From an uncultured delta proteobacterium (GTDB taxonomy: Bacteria > Myxococcota > Myxococcia > SLRQ01), in assembly GCA_963727485.1 (NCBI GenBank), contig CAVSGM010000002.1:96001-160000 (forward strand): a DNA stretch of 64,000 nt, given 5' to 3'. A program made the position numbers and the translations under genes. This document shows, piece after piece, positions 60,690 to 64,000 of the stretch. Each line of letters opens with the position of its first letter. The stretch's first letter is position 1. The notes beneath the pieces are model-generated. The model saw nothing but the letters and a program-made list of their open reading frames with translations, made no database searches and was not told the DNA's origin.

Positions 60690-62446
60690 CAGTAGGGGTT
60701 CGCCTTGTACTGATCGAGGCCCGGGGTCTTCTTCTTCTTCTTCTTCTTGACCGGGGCGTGGTCGGGGGGAGCCGGGTGGGGGTGCCGGACCCGGCGCCCC
60801 CGTCGGAGGGCCGGGAGGTGGGCGTCGACGGTGATCCGCTTGCCGGTGAGGGGCTGGTCGACGCTGGTCTCGCGGTAGCCCCGACGGTGGAAGCGCAGGC
60901 GCAGGGTCTCACCGGCGGAGTGGGGGTGCCAGGTCACCTCGCAGGGGGTGTGGGGGCAGAGGGCGTGGCCTCCGGCGCTGACCCGAGCCCCGGCGGGGTC
61001 GCTCTCGAGGTGGAGGAGGACGGGCTCCGGGCCCGCGGGAGGGGGCGTCGGGGCGGCGGCGGCGGGGGCACGGCCGGTGCCGGCGGTCGGCGGGGTGGGC
61101 GCGGCCGGGGTCCCGGTGCCGGGGGGGCCCGGGGGCGCCGCCGCGGGCGGGGCGGTGCCGGTCGCGGGCGCGGCGCCGTGGGCTCCGGCGGCCCCGGGGA
61201 CCATCGCCGCGTGGGTCGCGGTGTGCCCGCCTCGGTGGGCGCCCTGGGCCGTGCCCCCGGGAGACCAGGCCCACAGCCCGAGGAGCCCGGCAATCACCAC
61301 GGCGCCCCCGACGACGCCCCCGACGAGGCGCCCCCGCCCCGACGACTGCCCCATGCTCGCGAACCCCGGGGTCTCGGAGATGGACGAGGGGTTGAGGGGA
61401 TCGGGGAGCTGGGACGAGCTCTGCTCCGGCGAGAGGATCCGGGTGGCCTCGAGGGGGCCCGGCGGCGGCCCCGGGGGCCCGTCGATGATGGGCATCCCGG
61501 TGCTGCTGATCCCGCCCGGGGGCAGGGACATCTCGGTCATGCTCGCCGCCGCCTTGAGGGCGGTCATGAGCGCATCCATGGAGGGGAAGCGGTCGTCCCG
61601 GGGCTTGCGCAGGCAGCGCAGCACCACCGCCTCGAGGGCCTGGGGGACCACCACCTCGGGGTTGGTCTCGGCCATCGGGGGCACCGGGTCCTGGATGTGG
61701 GCCATCAGGGTGTCCACGGTGGTGTCGCGCTTGAAGGGCGGCTTGCCCGTGAGCATCTCGTAGAGGAGCACGCCCAGGGAGTAGACGTCGGCCCGGCCGT
61801 CGACCTCGCGCCCGCGGATCTGCTCGGGGGCGATGTACTTGGGCGAGCCCATGAACTGGCCGGTCTGGGTGAGCTCGACGTCCCGGTCCTTGGTCTTCAC
61901 CAGGCCGAAGTCGAGGACCTTCACGAAGTCGGACTCCTCGTCCTGGCGGATGAGGAAGACGTTCCCCGGCTTGAGGTCCCGGTGGGTGACGCCCATCCCG
62001 TGGGCCTCGCGGAGCGACCGGCCGATCTGGAGGGCCACGTGGGTGGCGCGCCCGGGGGAGAAGGGGCCGTCCTGGGTCATCGCCTGCCGGAGGGTTCGCC
62101 CCTCGAGGAGCTCCATGGCGATGAAGTAGACGTCGTCGTCGGTGCGCCCGTAGTCGAAGACGGTGACGGTGTTCCCGTGGCGGAGCTTGGCGCAGGTGGC
62201 CGCCTCGAGGAAGAAGCGCTGCTGGAAGTCCGGGTCGTTGTCGTCCTCGCTGTGGGCGAGGACCTTCAGGGCCACCAGCCGGCCCAGGGGCTGCTGCTCG
62301 GCCCGGTAGACCCGGCCCATGCCCCCCCGGGCGATGAGCGCGAGGACCCGGAAGCGGTCATTGATGACCCGCCCGACCAGGGGATCCGCCCCCCGGTTCA
62401 GGACCACGGCCTCGGCCCCCGGCCCTTTGCCCCGCGCATCGCTCAT
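60689..62446 (-). CDS. Membrane Hanks-type Ser/Thr kinase with periplasmic PEGA-like domain
   Basis: GGMGRVY, VALK, HRDLKPGN, DFG, YIAPE, DVYSLG; one TM; Pro/Ala linker; LESDPAGARV...TPC; tail K7-TPGLDQYKANPY. Confidence 0.93.
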   Translation of the reverse strand: MSDARGKGPGAEAVVLNRGADPLVGRVINDRFRVLALIARGGMGRVYRAEQQPLGRLVALKVLAHSEDDNDPDFQQRFFLEAATCAKLRHGNTVTVFDYGRTDDDVYFIAMELLEGRTLRQAMTQDGPFSPGRATHVALQIGRSLREAHGMGVTHRDLKPGNVFLIRQDEESDFVKVLDFGLVKTKDRDVELTQTGQFMGSPKYIAPEQIRGREVDGRADVYSLGVLLYEMLTGKPPFKRDTTVDTLMAHIQDPVPPMAETNPEVVVPQALEAVVLRCLRKPRDDRFPSMDALMTALKAAASMTEMSLPPGGISSTGMPIIDGPPGPPPGPLEATRILSPEQSSSQLPDPLNPSSISETPGFASMGQSSGRGRLVGGVVGGAVVIAGLLGLWAWSPGGTAQGAHRGGHTATHAAMVPGAAGAHGAAPATGTAPPAAAPPGPPGTGTPAAPTPPTAGTGRAPAAAAPTPPPAGPEPVLLHLESDPAGARVSAGGHALCPHTPCEVTWHPHSAGETLRLRFHRRGYRETSVDQPLTGKRITVDAHLPALRRGRRVRHPHPAPPDHAPVKKKKKKKTPGLDQYKANPY

Positions 62447-62560
62447 GTTGAACCAGAGGACGTGGGCGGCCCGGACCGCCGGTCCCTCCAGAAACCCGGG
62501 AAAGGCTACTACTTTTGGTCCCCCCAGGTCGAGTTGGGGGAAGCCGGAAGTCGGCCCGGC

Positions 62561-62575
62561 GCCAGGAGGGTGCCA
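62561..62575 (-). promoter_or_regulatory. Possible sigma54 -24/-12 element upstream of the kinase operon
   Basis: TGGCACCCTCCTGGC = GG-N10-GC with TGGCAC; the -12 part deviates from TTGC. Confidence 0.25.
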
Positions 62576-62588
62576 CCGGGCCCGCGGT

Positions 62589-63503
62589 TCAGCCCAGCGC
62601 CGCGTCGGGGCAGGCGCCGCGGAAGTTGCACCGGCTGCAGGCCCGGGGCTCGGCCACCGGGGGGAAGGCGTCCGGGTCGGCGACGTTGCCGGCGACGTCC
62701 ACCAGGCCCGCCTGCATGGTCTCGATGGACCCGCGCATCTCGGCGCGGAAGGCGTCGAGGTCTTCCGGGGCCACCGGGACCTCGACCACCTCGCCCTGGC
62801 CGAGGTAGTGGAGCTCGGCGCGGACGGTGGCCGGGTCGACGTCCCACTTGTCCTCGGCGAAGAGGGTGTAGCCCCGGACCTGGGAGCGGTCCTTGTCGCG
62901 CGGCTTGCCGGTCTTCCAGTCGAGGAGGCGGACGGTGCCCTCGCCGGTGCGGAAGGCGAAGTCGGGGGCGACGTAGATCTTGGTGCCCTCGAAGTCGAAG
63001 GTGTCGAGGGCGTCGATGGGGAACCAGTGATCGGGGCCGGCGTCGAGGATGTCCTCGAGCACCTGCGCCTCGTAGAAGAACTCGAGGCACCGCCTGGCGT
63101 GGGCCCAGTTGTCGGCCCACTCGGTGTCGTCGATGGGCTCGTCGTAGGCGTGCTCCACCAGGCCGAGCGCCTTGCGGCGCTGCCAGGCGCCCTCGCGGGA
63201 CTCCTTGAAGCCCTGGCGCATGCGCTCGTGCATCCGGCCCACGGCGGCGCCCACGTCGGGGAGCTCGGCCCCGCGGCGCACCCGGTCGAGGGCCCAGGCG
63301 ATGGTGTCGTGGACCTCGGTGCCCGCCCAGGCCTTGCGGCTGGTGAGCTTCTTGAGGCGCCAGAGCGTCTTGATCTCCGGTGGGGCGCCGGCCTCCCAGC
63401 CACCCCAGGAGGCGTAGTAGTGGAAGTAGTAGGCCCGTGGGCAGTCGTTGAGCTTGGCCGCCCGGGACATGGACCAGGAGAAGTCGTTGGTGAAGTCCGC
63501 CAT
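62589..63503 (-). CDS. Stand-alone PD-(D/E)XK nuclease (RecB/AddB/Cas4-like) with predicted [4Fe-4S] ligands
   Basis: CPRAYY, GTEVH, PDFAF, LLDWKTG, QVRGY, C-terminal CSRCNFRGAC. Confidence 0.85.
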   Translation of the reverse strand: MADFTNDFSWSMSRAAKLNDCPRAYYFHYYASWGGWEAGAPPEIKTLWRLKKLTSRKAWAGTEVHDTIAWALDRVRRGAELPDVGAAVGRMHERMRQGFKESREGAWQRRKALGLVEHAYDEPIDDTEWADNWAHARRCLEFFYEAQVLEDILDAGPDHWFPIDALDTFDFEGTKIYVAPDFAFRTGEGTVRLLDWKTGKPRDKDRSQVRGYTLFAEDKWDVDPATVRAELHYLGQGEVVEVPVAPEDLDAFRAEMRGSIETMQAGLVDVAGNVADPDAFPPVAEPRACSRCNFRGACPDAALG

Positions 63504-63611
63504 CGCGGATCGGCATAGCACAGGGGTCCGACACCGGGCAGCCGGCCGGGCTGACCTGGATCAGTGTCCCGCCGGGGGGAAGCCGGTAGGGCTTGGAGAC
63601 TGGAGGTCGTC

Positions 63612-64000
63612 ATGACGCGACGTGCGCTCGAGATTCTCGCCGTGGCCCTGGTGTTCACCGCGTGCAGCCAGAAGGCCGAGGCGCCCACGGCCCCGCCCGC
63701 GAAGCCCGCCGCCGAGGCGCCGGCGGAGGCCGCGCCGGCGAAGCCCGAGGCCGCAGCCCGGCGCCGAGGCCGCCCGAAGCGCCGAGGCCAGGCCCGCCGC
63801 CGAGGCCGGCCCCAAGGCCGAGGCCAGGCCCGCCGCGAAGCCGGCGCCCAAGGCCGAGGCCAGGCCCGCCGCGAAGCCGGCGCCCAAGGCCGAGGCGAAG
63901 CCCGCCGCAGCGCCCGGGACCGAGATCGCCAAGGCCGAGGCCGCCCCGGCGCCGGCGGCCAGGCCCGCCCCGACCCCCAAGGCCGCCCCGGCGCCCGCGG
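63612..64000 (+). CDS. Lipoprotein with Pro/Ala/Lys/Glu-rich linker (3'-truncated); apparent +1 frameshift near 63755
   Basis: GGAGG RBS; MTRRALEILAVALVFTAC lipobox; AEARPAAKPAPK repeats continue in the next frame. Confidence 0.6.
   Translation, partial: MTRRALEILAVALVFTACSQKAEAPTAPPAKPAAEAPAEAAPAKPEAAARRRGRPKRRGQARRRGRPQGRGQARREAGAQGRGQARREAGAQGRGEARRSARDRDRQGRGRPGAGGQARPDPQGRPGAR
63781..63906 (+). repeat. 36-bp tandem repeat (about 3.5 copies; AEARPAAKPAPK)
   Basis: Units start at 63781, 63817, 63853 and 63889. Confidence 0.85.

Noticed and set aside
56242..60912. 1556-aa ORF overlapping the TonB receptor
   Set aside because: Only the part from 57939 to about 57552 is real (lipoprotein N-terminus); the rest is shadow frame.
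62589..64000. CRISPR locus (Cas4-like gene plus 36-bp repeats)
   Set aside because: The repeats are head-to-tail without spacers, encode a Pro/Ala/Lys linker, and no cas1/cas2 is present.

Overview
Very GC-rich, gene-dense chromosomal window. Gene content (AglZ-like coiled coil, Cys-rich lipoproteins, Hanks kinase with PEGA domain, PilZ protein) suggests a Myxococcota/deltaproteobacterial genome; this is inference. It holds about 60 CDS and one tRNA-Thr(CGT), with no visible transposase, integrase, prophage, rRNA or CRISPR array. Housekeeping blocks: an interrupted maf-yggS-yggT-proC-divIVA-yggU cluster, hisS, pdxJ-nnr-tsaE, hutUI, ftsH and htpX. Signalling blocks: three intact diguanylate cyclases, a REC protein with a degenerate GGDEF domain, a PilZ protein, a Wsp-like chemosensory operon with a divergent Hpt-REC-GGDEF gene, and a GluR0-like K+ channel. 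The best candidate for an undescribed system is a translationally coupled operon (62446-56262, minus strand): membrane Ser/Thr kinase, TPR-fused TonB-dependent receptor and lipoprotein, which may form a trans-envelope signalling relay. Other oddities are an 80-aa protein carrying the GyrA 'PDVRDGL' motif, a stand-alone sigma70 region-1.1-like protein, and widespread leaderless-type promoter geometry. Seven apparent +1 frameshifts are present; six can be repaired at GATC sites and are probably methylation-linked sequencing errors. All product calls come from motif recognition by eye; no database searches were run.
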